A stretch of 64,000 bases of DNA from a virus (IMGVR_UViG_3300031994_000063), one strand, 5' to 3'. Positions 18,370-28,145 are shown, numbered from the stretch's first letter. Numbers and translations are program-made. Notes: generated by a model not told the origin, from the sequence alone.

Positions 18370-18704
18370 AGGAGAAGCCGCATATTAGGTATACAGATGC
18401 ATTTTTATACGGTGAGGAATCTAGAACAGAACGCATTAGTCTGTAATAATGTGCCAAAGGTTCGATGTCAGGGAAGGTTACTTTGGAAATATATTTAGTG
18501 GGTACACACAGCAAAATTATTTTTTCAAACAAACTGTTAATTTGTGTAAAACGTAGGTTCGATTCCTACCCCATCCGCATTTTTAACTATAACATTTGGA
18601 TGGGTTGAAATGTTGGTTTTATGTACCCTTTTTCTAAAAAAAAGTTAATGAATTTGGCCGTTTCAATTTTTTTTCGTATATTTGCGCCATAAAAGTATAA
18701 AAAA

Positions 18705-19061
18705 ATGGAAAAAAATTTTGATAAAAACTCAGCTATATATTGGGCTGAACTAAATCGAATGAAAGAAGAAAAAAAATTGCGCGACAAAGGCAATTTAATT
18801 ATTGACTTTTTGAAAAAAACATATGAGGATGAGATAAAAAAAGTATTATCCAAAAATTATGATGAGCGAAAAGTTGAGATTGTAATACCAAAGCATCTTA
18901 GAGTTTATGGAGAAAAACAAGTTAAAATTATTGAATCTATGATTAAAGAAGAATTCAATGCGCTTGGTTTTTATATAAATTTACATGACGAAACTTGTGG
19001 GTGTATATTTGATTGCTTTTGCAATAGAAATGGTTACAAAGTAATAATCGCTTGGCATTAA
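18705..19061 (+). CDS. hypothetical protein
   Basis: 118 aa. Promoter tttggccgtttcaattttttttcgtatatttgcg upstream. Confidence 0.5.
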   Translation: MEKNFDKNSAIYWAELNRMKEEKKLRDKGNLIIDFLKKTYEDEIKKVLSKNYDERKVEIVIPKHLRVYGEKQVKIIESMIKEEFNALGFYINLHDETCGCIFDCFCNRNGYKVIIAWH

Positions 19062-19128
19062 TTATTGTCCGTTGCCATTGAAAAGAAATTTTTATGGGTT
19101 GAAAAAAAGATATAGAAACAACACTAAA

Positions 19129-19776
19129 ATGATTATTGCGTTTGATACATATTATTACGATGGGTATTCGTATACCGTTGGTGGGGTGTTTGAAAGTTGG
19201 ACAGATACCAAAGTAAAATATTTCGTCACAAGTAAAAGAGAAACAATTGATGCAAAGTACAAACCAGGAGAATTATATAAACGTGAACTACCATGTATTA
19301 TGCAGTGTTTAAAAATGATAGACCTAGATGATGTTGACACAATTATCGTTGATGGATTTGTTTGGTTGTCTGAAAACGGAAAAGATAGAACTCTTGGAAT
19401 TGGTATGCGTTTGGCGAACGCTTTAATGGTAGAATACAACAGACCAGATATATCAATTGTTGGGATTGCTAAAAATCCATACCATTGTGAGATACCAGAT
19501 TGTGTTGAAATTTTACGTGGTAACTCAAACACACCTTTATGGATAACATGCTCTGAGTATCATTTCACTAATAATTATGCATCGTTAATAAAACAAATGG
19601 TTGGTAATTATAGAATACCAGATATTATCAAATCCGTTGATTCTAAAACAAGAGACATTAAATCAGTAGGCGATAAAAAACAGCCGAAACACAAGACATA
19701 TCATATTATGACTCACGATGAATGGGTTGAATTGGGTAAACCTCAATATTGTGGTGTGTATGTAGAAGATAAATAA
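19129..19776 (+). CDS. nfi: endonuclease V (Nfi) family protein
   Basis: AFDTYYYDGYSYTVGGVF, KYKPGELYKRELPC, IIVDGFVWLSENGKDRTLGIGMRLANAL and ISIVGIAKNPY align with the EndoV blocks (DV.Y, PYiPGlLafRE, DGqG..HPRr.G.A.H.G, PtiGvAK). Confidence 0.65.
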   Translation: MIIAFDTYYYDGYSYTVGGVFESWTDTKVKYFVTSKRETIDAKYKPGELYKRELPCIMQCLKMIDLDDVDTIIVDGFVWLSENGKDRTLGIGMRLANALMVEYNRPDISIVGIAKNPYHCEIPDCVEILRGNSNTPLWITCSEYHFTNNYASLIKQMVGNYRIPDIIKSVDSKTRDIKSVGDKKQPKHKTYHIMTHDEWVELGKPQYCGVYVEDK

Positions 19777-19831
19777 TATGCTAGTAAATAAATTTACAAA
19801 CCAAAGTGGCTAGGTTTTTTAGCCACAATAC

Positions 19832-19917
19832 ATACAGGTGGGGGAGTGGTTTAACCCAGCAATCTCCAAAATTGCCGTAGTTTTGTGCTACCGTAGGTTC
19901 GAATCCTACCCTGTATG
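19832..19917 (+). tRNA. tRNA-Trp(CCA) with extended variable hairpin
   Basis: Acceptor atacagg/cctgtat. Anticodon stem gcaat/attgc with loop ctccaaa. T-arm gtagg-ttcgaat-cctac. Confidence 0.5.
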
Positions 19918-20034
19918 CTATAATCCTTATCGGTGTTTACGGTGTAACAGAGCACTGCGCTTGGTCTATTAGTACCTTGAACTAACAAAAACCGTTAACT
20001 GTCGTGGTAGGTAGAGGAAGCCTACTATATTGTT

Positions 20035-20241
20035 ATGAGTATTGGATGTATTATTACTATTTTGTATTTTGTAATCGGAACATCGCTAGCATTTATGTGG
20101 TGGAATGATGAGTATAAGGCAGAATACGAGTATGAAAAAGAATGTGGTGAAGCAGAAGACCCTATGGCAATATTACTGCTTTTACTTTTCATATTTTTCT
20201 GGCCTTTTAAAGCCGTTAGAAATTGTTTTGACAATGAATAA
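20035..20241 (+). CDS. small membrane protein (two TM helices)
   Basis: MSIGCIITILYFVIGTSLAFMWW ... ILLLLLFIFFWPF. Confidence 0.4.
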   Translation: MSIGCIITILYFVIGTSLAFMWWNDEYKAEYEYEKECGEAEDPMAILLLLLFIFFWPFKAVRNCFDNE

Positions 20242-20857
20242 TAAGATAACTGAAAAGAAAAAAATACTATTCAGTAATTGTGAGGTTATTGTTGAAAAAT
20301 ACGATAATCACACAATAGATTCATATTCAATCACTCATGGCGAATCTTTTTTTCATGTTGGTGAACGTAAGGAGATTATAAATGGTGATAGAATTGTATC
20401 TAAAGAAGGTAAATGGCACAATAGGATAAAATGTAAATCGCCTTTGGGTTTTTATTATTATAAAGGAGAAAGCGATATACGTTATAAAACGTCTTATGAT
20501 GAATGCGGTAGGAGGAAAATATATATTATCACTTTTGACGGTGGTAGGTATGAAATAAAATATCTTGTTTCGTACAATAATACCTCAATATGCCATGAGA
20601 CGAGACCTTGGGATTTAAGTGGCAATGGAATGCCAGACCATTTTATCAAGGATTTGGAAAAGGTTCTGAATGATATTGTTGATTTCATGTATGGAACAAA
20701 ACTATATGATAAAGAAAAGATTTCAGAATTTAAAAATGACGTGTTCACAGATTTGTTTGGCTTTCCAGATGGAATGAAATCCCAAACAAATGAAGGAAAA
20801 ATTCTTTCTCACGGTTTTGATTTAAAAATGTCGTTTAGAAAAAGAAAAGAAGCATGA
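20234..20857 (+). CDS. hypothetical protein with C-terminal tail SHGFDLKMSFRKRK
   Basis: Start moved to the ATG at 20234 to avoid overlap with the 20035 ORF. C-terminal motif shared with ORF 44434-45072. Confidence 0.5.
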   Translation: MNNKITEKKKILFSNCEVIVEKYDNHTIDSYSITHGESFFHVGERKEIINGDRIVSKEGKWHNRIKCKSPLGFYYYKGESDIRYKTSYDECGRRKIYIITFDGGRYEIKYLVSYNNTSICHETRPWDLSGNGMPDHFIKDLEKVLNDIVDFMYGTKLYDKEKISEFKNDVFTDLFGFPDGMKSQTNEGKILSHGFDLKMSFRKRKEA

Positions 20858-21441
20858 AAAATCATACCAAACGATTTATGGTCATTTTCTCTATGTGGGG
20901 AAAGTCACTGTCTGCAAGAGATATGAGGGGGCTATTCAATCTTAAAGAATATGCCCATTCTGAAACCGAATTTGATACCGAATCAGAATGGAAAGAGGAA
21001 GTAGGGTTAATTGAAGATGTGTATGCAGATACCCCCAAACCGTATAAAGTAGAGATAGAGGGTTCTAAATACCATGAGAAAACATGGGAATTTGAAGTAA
21101 ACAGTAGATTTTGGGGCTACCTTGTCCTTGATTTTGATAAAGAAAGAGTTATTAAGGTTGGTGGTGACGGAATCTATAAATATCATAAAAATGGTATAGG
21201 AAGTTGGAGGTCAGAACTAGTAAGCCTTAGAATGCTTGATGAATTCTTTAGGGGTAAAGACGAAATACCTAAAGACTATGTTTTCGATACTGGCGAATAT
21301 GAAGGATGGCTTCAATATCGTTGGGGTGATAGGAAAAACGCTATAACTCGTGATAATAGAAAAGTACGCACGAAGAAAGTAGTCAAAGGAAAACATGCAC
21401 CATTAACAGATGAGGAACGTGAATATATTTTATCTGAATAA
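20854..21441 (+). CDS. hypothetical protein
   Basis: 195 aa. ATGA overlap with the upstream gene. Confidence 0.5.
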   Translation: MKNHTKRFMVIFSMWGKSLSARDMRGLFNLKEYAHSETEFDTESEWKEEVGLIEDVYADTPKPYKVEIEGSKYHEKTWEFEVNSRFWGYLVLDFDKERVIKVGGDGIYKYHKNGIGSWRSELVSLRMLDEFFRGKDEIPKDYVFDTGEYEGWLQYRWGDRKNAITRDNRKVRTKKVVKGKHAPLTDEEREYILSE

Positions 21442-21657
21442 AAACATATTTTAACTGTTAATATTTGGAACTTTCAAAAACTTTATATATCTTTGCATTG
21501 TTAATTAATTGTCTAACTAAATAAATTACGATTATGATTGAGTTTATCATTGGTGGCGTTGTAGGTTGGTTTGCTTATAAGTATAAAGGCAAGATTGGTC
21601 TCTAATAGGCTGATAACTTACGAAAAAGGCACTGAGTTTGTCTAACAGTGCCAAACT

Positions 21658-21728
21658 AGGGCATTCGTTCATCGGAAGGACATTAGGCTTACATCCTAAG
21701 AAGGGCGGTTCGATTCCGTCATGCCCTA
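21658..21728 (+). tRNA. tRNA-Val(TAC)
   Basis: Acceptor agggcat/atgccct. Anticodon stem ttagg/cctaa with loop cttacat. T-arm ggcgg-ttcgatt-ccgtc. Confidence 0.55.
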
Positions 21729-21812
21729 CTTTTTTCTAAAAAAAACGTTAAAATATTTGGCTATTTCAATTTTTTTTTCATATCTTTGCATTACAAAAAA
21801 AAAATAAATGTC

Positions 21813-21938
21813 ATGGAGGTAAAATGTGTAAAATGTGGAAATCATATCAAAATTGACATTTCCAATGCGATTGACGAGAATGGTGAGGTGTTTTTATGCC
21901 CTCATTGTGGTTTTCATTTTAGATATACCGAAAAATAA
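21813..21938 (+). CDS. small zinc-ribbon protein (41 aa)
   Basis: MEVKCVKCGNH...CPHCGF directly after a consensus promoter. Confidence 0.45.
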   Translation: MEVKCVKCGNHIKIDISNAIDENGEVFLCPHCGFHFRYTEK

Positions 21939-22177
21939 CCTTTTGCACGTTAAAGGCTTATCAGCAGGACAGCAACAGTGAATATCTATAACGTGCTCGT
22001 AAGCATACTTTAGATTAAGAATGCCGTATATTGGTCTTAACTACGTTAATGCAAGACAAGTCTGCGATGGCTCGAAGGGGTACAGTAGGCGAAACATGCT
22101 TGAGGGGTGATATATTGGAAGACACACGCCATCTTATAGTGGGGTACAGTAGGTTCAAATCCTATCACAAGCACTAA

Positions 22178-22250
22178 GGAAACATACAGCAAGTATTAAG
22201 AATTTTTAAGAGCAAAACTTTTAATTTTGATTTCTAAAAACATGTTTCCG
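22178..22250 (+). ncRNA. hairpin-bounded element copy h
   Basis: ggaaacat acagcaag ... atgtttcc. Confidence 0.45.
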
Positions 22251-22277
22251 TATTTTTAACATAAAACAATATTTATA

Positions 22278-22838
22278 ATGGCAGTAGGTGTTATCATTGC
22301 AAGAATACAGCCCATACATAAAGGGCATCTTGAGTTAATACGGCAAGCACTAAACGAGAATGAAAATGTTCTTCTGCTCGTTGGTTCTGCCGATAAACTC
22401 AATAAAAGGAATCCAATACCAATTGCTATGAGATTGGAACTCGCTAATAAGGCGATAGAAGAGGCATTTAAAGAGGACTCTAAAAGGGTTAGAATACAAC
22501 CATTAGCAGACCTTACAGATGAATCGGACAACTCTCATGATTGGGGCTTTTATCTCTATAGTCACATTGTTGGGTTTACAAAATCTCCAGAGTTTACAAT
22601 ATATTACTCTGATGGTTTTGAGATAATTATGCAGTGGTTTCCACCTTTCATTACGAGAGATTTCGTATCATTCAAACTTAATGCAAGGGGAACTATCCAC
22701 AATAGTCTGTCTGCTACGAAAGTAAGGGAAATGATTCTTAAAGAGGATATTGAAAGCCTTAGAGAAGCAGTTCCAACTTGCGTTATAGAAAATGCAATGA
22801 TTTTGAAACATTTTATTGAAGCGTTTAAAGACGTATAA
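22278..22838 (+). CDS. nicotinamide/nicotinate mononucleotide adenylyltransferase (NadM-type)
   Basis: GVIIARIQPIHKGHLELIRQA matches the GRFQPxHxGH nucleotidyltransferase motif of archaeal-type NMNAT. Confidence 0.7.
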   Translation: MAVGVIIARIQPIHKGHLELIRQALNENENVLLLVGSADKLNKRNPIPIAMRLELANKAIEEAFKEDSKRVRIQPLADLTDESDNSHDWGFYLYSHIVGFTKSPEFTIYYSDGFEIIMQWFPPFITRDFVSFKLNARGTIHNSLSATKVREMILKEDIESLREAVPTCVIENAMILKHFIEAFKDV

Positions 22839-22979
22839 TAAAAATATAGCTAGTTCCGCAGTACGATAAATAAATTGGCAAGCGTATAACGTTGGTATCC
22901 TATAACGGACTCATATAACATTAGGAGGTCTAGTGAAACTTGTGTGGTGAAAAATCGGAAATCCACAAACTAGCTTTAT

Positions 22980-23053
22980 CGAGGGGTATATCAGTTGGTT
23001 AGATTGTCATCCTGATAAGATGAAGGTCGCAAGTTCAAGTCTTGCCCTCTCGA
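22980..23053 (+). tRNA. tRNA-Ile(GAT) second copy
   Basis: Acceptor cgagggg/cctctcg. Anticodon arm identical to the 15964 copy. T-arm gcaag-ttcaagt-cttgc. Confidence 0.55.
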
Positions 23054-23500
23054 CAATTTTTTATCATGGGCTTGTAATGGATTTGACAGCAATGCATTTG
23101 GTAAGAAACAAGCAGTGGGCATACACTTGAAATAGCAAAAAAAATATAAACGGCGAGAATGTTAATTCTCCTGCTTACGAGTACGCTATTGCAGCGTAAG
23201 TAAGCCGAGAGGCTAGGCTCTTAGGAACAGAACATCCTAGCATTCTTTCTTTAGTCATCTTTTAGTTTTCCTTGTTTTCACAAAACAAGGTGGTCTCAAA
23301 GGCGGTGTCTTCGGACACTTTGGGGAAGCTTGTATAATTTCTTATGGAATGGTTGTTTGGACCGCAGTTCGACTCTGCGCAAGTCCACTTAACTACTTGA
23401 AAATCAAACGCTTAACAAAATTTAAGAAAAAACTTCTTGAAAATTTTGGAACTTTCAAAAATTTTATATATCTTTGCATTGTTAAACAAAAAGACATACA

Positions 23501-23782
23501 ATGAGTAAAATTTTAGATAAAGATTTCAGAAACGAACTATATAAAAGCCTTCAAGAGGCTGGTTATAGCAAAGGAGAGGCTACTAATATTGTTAGTGTAA
23601 AATATTGTGAGGCTCTTAAAATCAATTTAGTTGATAAACTTAGAGAACAAGCAGATAATATTGAGCATGGCAAAGAGGAACTATTGCTTAGTGTTGATGA
23701 ATATAGTAGTATCCTTTCAGAATTGGCTAAACTCAAAGAGTTTTTCGACAAAAAAGAAGAAAAAAATGCAAATAAATCTTAA
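23501..23782 (+). CDS. hypothetical protein
   Basis: 93 aa. Promoter ttttggaactttcaaaaattttatatatctttgcattg upstream. Confidence 0.5.
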   Translation: MSKILDKDFRNELYKSLQEAGYSKGEATNIVSVKYCEALKINLVDKLREQADNIEHGKEELLLSVDEYSSILSELAKLKEFFDKKEEKNANKS

Positions 23783-23841
23783 AAAATTTGGATATTAAAA
23801 ATATTTTTCATATCTTTGCATTGTTGATTTGAAAATAGCAA

Positions 23842-23906
23842 GGAAACTTACAGCAAATTATTCTTAACATCAAATTGTCACTTTGAAACGTTTAGAAAAG
23901 GTTTCC
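23842..23906 (+). ncRNA. hairpin-bounded element copy i
   Basis: ggaaac ttacagcaa ... ggtttcc. Confidence 0.45.
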
Positions 23907-23924
23907 GATTTAAATACATAATAT

Positions 23925-24009
23925 CGTGGGATAGTGTAATGGTAACATGCAAGGCTCATAACCTTGAGACGGAACTCGCATCGTGTTGGTTCGAATCCAA
24001 CTCCCGCAA
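23925..24009 (+). tRNA. tRNA-Met(CAT)-like with C1·A72 and 18-nt variable region
   Basis: Anticodon stem caagg/ccttg with loop ctcataa. T-arm gttgg-ttcgaat-ccaac. 3' end tcccgcaa resembles bacterial initiator tRNA. Confidence 0.45.
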
Positions 24010-24012
24010 CTA

Positions 24013-24170
24013 ATTTTGTGGTGGACAAATCAAAAAACCACCTTTTGGAAGATACCAGAGGAGAACGTCAGTAATGACGATGTAGACAAATGGGCATTAA
24101 GTTCGTGCTTAATGTGTCACTTCGGTGGCTTCGCTAGTGCAAATCTAGCTCTACCAACAAATGTAGTATA
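24013..24170 (+). ncRNA. structured small RNA, copy 1 of a ~160-nt duplicated element
   Basis: Hairpins ggtgg..ccacc, acgtca-GUAA-tgacgt (GNRA), cattaag-ttcgtg-cttaatg, tcac-UUCG-gtgg, gctag-tgcaaat-ctagc. Second copy at 24316 carries compensatory changes in three helices. Confidence 0.6.
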
Positions 24171-24315
24171 AACGCTCAGGTGCAATCGGCAGTAAAGGTT
24201 GGCGAGGAAAGTGAGGTTGCGACAAACACACAACTGTATGAAACATAGCAGATGTCCTTTACCATTAAATTAGTTCTGCAAAATGAATTAGCCTTTACAA
24301 TACTATAATTATATC

Positions 24316-24474
24316 TTGTGGTGGACAAGTTAAAAAACCACCTTTTGGTTAGTACCAGAGGAGAACGTCAGCAATGACGATGTAGACAAATGGGCATCAA
24401 GTTCGTGCTTGATGTGCTTCTTCGGAAGCTTCAGCAGTGCAAATCTGCTCTAACCAACTAGATATGCCTTTTCG
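24316..24474 (+). ncRNA. structured small RNA, copy 2 of the duplicated element
   Basis: ~88% identical to copy 1. Helices catcaag/cttgatg, cttc-UUCG-gaag and agcag/ctgct preserve pairing through double substitutions. GCAA replaces GUAA in the tetraloop. Confidence 0.6.
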
Positions 24475-25588
24475 TGCCGTAGACAACGGTAAAAATGGGT
24501 TTTATGTGGTTAAACAATCCATATCTATGGTAACTTCGGGAGCCATAATTCTAGAGAACGTGTACTAGAAAAAAATGAATTGGGGAAGGTATTCTATAAT
24601 GGTGTAAAGAATTGGAGCTTGGGATAGAAGCCCACCTCGTAAGAGGAAGCAGTTTACTGATTATAATAATCCAAAATGGAAATAATACCCAAAAGAATAA
24701 GCCGATTCTAAGAGGAAATATCTTGTGAAAGATATAAGGCTGATGGCTAGCTTTCGTAGCCAGATAGAAGGATAATCCAGTGATGGGATAAATGAGACGG
24801 ACATTGACAACTAAGCCGACTCAGATGCTCTGGTTTCCCAGAGCATTTCACTGAAAAGCATATGGTACGGTATGTCGTTCGGTAGGTAAACTGTGGGACA
24901 TACTACCTAGGTTAACCGCTTAGGTTGAGTAGTGATACAATAGATTACCATATGGAACTCGATACAATAGTCACCAGTTGGCGTGTTGGGTTCAAGTAAA
25001 CATTCGTCTTAACGTGAAAGGCGTGGTCTATAAGCGTTAAGAACCGTAAGGCTGAGAATGGGTATTAGTGCTACAGACCTGTGGTGGGTTTGGCATAGGA
25101 AGGCGATTTAGTGGGCTGTGTTCAAAAGACACGGATGCTAAGGGTCGCACCTCGTCTTCCATTAGTTGTGAGTTGTAGCTCAAGTGGTAGAGCAGCCGAC
25201 TTGAAATCAGCGTGTTACAGGTTCGATTCCTGTCGATTCTAATAATAGAATTATAGAAGCAAAAGTGTGCGACACTGAGCAGATAAAATGCACTTATCTC
25301 TCCTGCAATATGGAGGCATCGGTGACTCGCAAGGAATCCGATGAACGAGTAAAAGTAGTCATCTGAGTTAACAGGAGGCATCCTGTGAATCCGCAAGAGC
25401 TTGGTGGTGAAATGAATGTTATGATTCTGTACCGAGAGGTTTAAATCAGTAAGAGTTTGGTAGTTTTCGCAAAACTATCGTGCATGATGTCTACGTCTGC
25501 CGTAAGGTAGCGTGTGAAGAGCAAGTTCCAACGCTTGTATAAAGGCATCAACAATAAGGTCAAATTCTCAGCCTTTTTGTATTTATAT

Positions 25589-25713
25589 AGGGATTTAGCT
25601 TAATTGGCAAGAGTAATTTGTTGCGACTTAAGGAATAAAGCACTCTCGACTTCGGAACAGAGTGTGCCTTTAACTGTTAATAAACGATGGCGGTTCGAGT
25701 CCGTCAGTCCCTG
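25589..25713 (+). ncRNA. tRNA-like with ~50-nt insertion (contains repeat tctcgacttcggaacaga)
   Basis: Perfect acceptor agggatt/agtccct. D-arm tagcttaattggcaagag. T-arm ggcgg-ttcgagt-ccgtc. Total 125 nt. Confidence 0.35.
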
Positions 25714-25856
25714 CAATAAGTAATTCTCATGGGGTATAAACACGTTGGGTGGTGACCTGCTGGTCGGTTTCATGCATAAGAAGACCATACGAGAGGCGGT
25801 AAATATAAGACCTCTTGGAGTTCGAATCTCCAATACTCCACTTAAACAATTAACAT

Positions 25857-26183
25857 ATGAGAGAATTTACTTATAGCGGTTTCGAAAATCAAGAAACTTG
25901 CAATCACCTCAGAGGAGGTGAGACGTGTAAAGTAACTGGTATTGGAAATTCTATGACCCCTATTCTTAAATCAAGACAAGCGGTTATATGTGAACCAGTA
26001 AAAGATGATACAAAACTAGAAAAGAAAGATATTGTTCTTTGCAAAGTTAGAGGTCATCATTATCTGCACCTAATCCATGCAATTAAAAATGATAGTGAAT
26101 ATCTTATTGGTAGCAATAGAGGGCATATGAACGGATGGGTAGGTAGAAACCAAATCTACGGAAAAGTAGTAGAGATTCTTTAA
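25857..26183 (+). CDS. S24-family (LexA/UmuD-like) peptidase domain protein
   Basis: VTGIGNSMTPIL (GDSM-like Ser motif), KKDIVLCKV, HLIHAIKNDSEYLIGSN and IYGKVVEIL follow the S24 C-terminal domain pattern. Confidence 0.55.
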   Translation: MREFTYSGFENQETCNHLRGGETCKVTGIGNSMTPILKSRQAVICEPVKDDTKLEKKDIVLCKVRGHHYLHLIHAIKNDSEYLIGSNRGHMNGWVGRNQIYGKVVEIL

Positions 26184-26230
26184 GGTCAAATGGTTGTAAT
26201 GAAGGTTCGATTCCTTCTGACTAACAAACG

Positions 26231-26302
26231 GGGGTATAGGCTAACAGGCTAAACTGATAGCTTTGCAAGCTATATTTGAGAGTTCGAGTCTCTCTACCTC
26301 CA
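26231..26302 (+). tRNA. tRNA-Ala(TGC)
   Basis: Acceptor gggggta/tacctcc. Anticodon stem atagc/gctat with loop tttgcaa. T-arm gagag-ttcgagt-ctctc. Confidence 0.6.
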
Positions 26303-26385
26303 CTAAGGTATTGGATAATGCTACGATGAGTAGGTAAAGAGTTTCGTAGTGTGGCTTTACCGTTTCCAATTCCTTAACCAATAGT

Positions 26386-26458
26386 GGGAACTTACAGCAA
26401 TGACTATATGGAATTTGCTTGAAACGAATACAACCGAAAAAAGTTCCCTTCAGCACAA
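26386..26458 (+). ncRNA. hairpin-bounded element copy j
   Basis: gggaactt acagcaatg ... aagttccc. Confidence 0.45.
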
Positions 26459-26684
26459 AACTTACGATAGAGGCGTAGGGGTACAAGCGTGGGCTAACGT
26501 TAACTGAATTAACAGCTACTGAGGGTGTGAGTAATTACATCTAGGCGTAATGGTGGACACTTAGTAATAGCCTTATTGGTGTGCCGAAGTGCTCAATGTC
26601 AAGTCCTTATGGGATAAAAGAAATCTTGGCGGTTGAGAATAACGAGATTCCAGATGAAAGTACCTCCGTAAGTTTTATTAATCA

Positions 26685-26768
26685 TGGGGTGATGTAGTGG
26701 TAACATGACGGTCTCATAAGCCGTATACGCTTGAAACGCTTGCGTTGGTTCGAATCCAACCCCCTTGA
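26685..26768 (+). tRNA. tRNA(CAT)-like with long variable region
   Basis: Anticodon stem acggt/gccgt with loop ctcataa. T-arm gttgg-ttcgaat-ccaac. Acceptor pairing imperfect. Confidence 0.4.
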
Positions 26769-26773
26769 CATAA

Positions 26774-26839
26774 GGAAGCATACAGCAATGTTTTAATAGG
26801 ACTTGATTTGTAATCAAATATTCTAGAAAAATGTTTCCG
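26774..26839 (+). ncRNA. hairpin-bounded element copy k
   Basis: ggaagcat acagcaatg ... atgtttccg followed by a T-tract. Confidence 0.45.
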
Positions 26840-27023
26840 TTTTTATTAACTAATTAAAATAAAAATAATTATTATGAAGAAAAACAGTTTTTGGTAGGTT
26901 TTCAGCCAATTTTGGTAGCTGAATCGTGTTCGTGGTACTCCTAAAATTAATTCGTTAGGGGAAAAAAGTGAAGTAAAGTTTTTAACATTTAAAGAATATA
27001 ACGAATTAATAATAGGAAAAAAT

Positions 27024-27335
27024 ATGAATACAAAAATTTTTACAAACAACGCAACCACTAAAGAACAGTATCTTAAATTTAAGGAGTATATCAAAAGTAG
27101 AGAGCATTCTCATTGGACTTACGTAGCATATTACATTTTTAAGCATCGTATTGAAGGCGAGGAACGTGATAAGTATCTTGATGAAGAGGTTAAGACTCGT
27201 TGCCATAAAGGTCTCTACAGTGGTAGACTAGTTGGTAGTGGTGGTGATATGACTGAGAATTATGCAATTCCACTTTTTAAAAATTACGTTATCGAGGAGT
27301 ATAACAAATTTGCATCCGCAGAAAGCAATGACTAA
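27024..27335 (+). CDS. hypothetical protein
   Basis: 103-aa ORF. No motifs recognised. Confidence 0.45.
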   Translation: MNTKIFTNNATTKEQYLKFKEYIKSREHSHWTYVAYYIFKHRIEGEERDKYLDEEVKTRCHKGLYSGRLVGSGGDMTENYAIPLFKNYVIEEYNKFASAESND

Positions 27336-27627
27336 AAAGAAGTTATACATACTCGTAGATAGAGCGTTAAAACCAGTATATGGTTGTGTTCAAGGCGGTC
27401 ATGCAGTGGCTCAATGGATGATTGAGCATCCTAATAGCCTTGAATGGAGTAACGATTATTTGATTTATCTATATGCTGACGTAGATAAGTGGAAAAGAAG
27501 GCTTGAAGGGTATGGCATTGACTACACCGAGTTTAAAGAACCAGATTTAAACTATAAAACAACAGCCTTGGCGGTTTTCGGACACGAAGAGCTATTTAAA
27601 AATTTGAAAACAGTAACCGAAGACTGA
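27328..27627 (+). CDS. peptidyl-tRNA hydrolase PTH2-like protein (tentative)
   Basis: KKKLYILVDRALKPVYGCVQGGHAVAQ and C-terminal KTTALAVFG follow the PTH2 pattern (K..lVvR.DL.m..GK.aaQ..HA ... TvvalGP). Start set at the ATG at 27328. Confidence 0.45.
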   Translation: MTKKKLYILVDRALKPVYGCVQGGHAVAQWMIEHPNSLEWSNDYLIYLYADVDKWKRRLEGYGIDYTEFKEPDLNYKTTALAVFGHEELFKNLKTVTED

Positions 27628-27727
27628 TGCGATATAAAAGCACTATAGGCTCTTGCTTATGGTGCTTTTTTCGTAAAAAATTCTTAAAAAATTTTGATAA
27701 TTCAATTTTTTTTAGTATCTTTGCAAT

Positions 27728-28045
27728 ATGAAAAAAGCAGCAAGTTTAAATATTGGCGATACTGCCATATACATAAATGGCTACGATGTTATAGAATCAA
27801 AAGTAGTCAAAGAGCCTATTAACGATGGTAAAACTAGACCAAGTTTCAAAATCGGTAGAACTGACCTTGAAAATGGTGAATATCTCGTTAATGGGCAGCT
27901 TGTGTATGATAGCGAAGAAGAAGCCAAAAAAGTGGCAATAGAGAGGTTAAAAGAAGCAATCAAGAGGCATACCGATGAAAAGCTCATTGCTGAAGGTATG
28001 CTGCTTGTTCTGAACAATAAGTTGAAAAAATTATCTGAATCTTAA
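27728..28045 (+). CDS. hypothetical protein
   Basis: 105 aa. Promoter ttttgataattcaattttttttagtatctttgcaatATG immediately upstream. Confidence 0.5.
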   Translation: MKKAASLNIGDTAIYINGYDVIESKVVKEPINDGKTRPSFKIGRTDLENGEYLVNGQLVYDSEEEAKKVAIERLKEAIKRHTDEKLIAEGMLLVLNNKLKKLSES

Positions 28046-28054
28046 TATTTAACT

Positions 28055-28145
28055 GGGCATATGGCAGAGTGGTTTAATGTGCTGAACTCTAAATTCAGTA
28101 TGGGCTTGAGAAAGTTCATCGTGGGTTCGAATCCTACTATGCTCG
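28055..28145 (+). tRNA. class II tRNA with anticodon CTA (putative amber suppressor)
   Basis: Acceptor gggcata/tatgctc. D-region tggcagagtggtttaatgt. Anticodon stem ctgaa/ttcag with loop ctctaaa. Long variable arm. T-arm gtggg-ttcgaat-cctac. Confidence 0.5.

Noticed and set aside
23983-24171. 62-aa plus-strand ORF
   Set aside because: It coincides with copy 1 of the duplicated structured RNA. The second copy has no equivalent ORF, so the ORF is most likely fortuitous.
24013-24474. Possible CRISPR array suggested by the direct repeats
   Set aside because: There are only two ~160-nt copies, with internal secondary structure and covariation, and no short repeat-spacer periodicity. This is a duplicated ncRNA, not a CRISPR.
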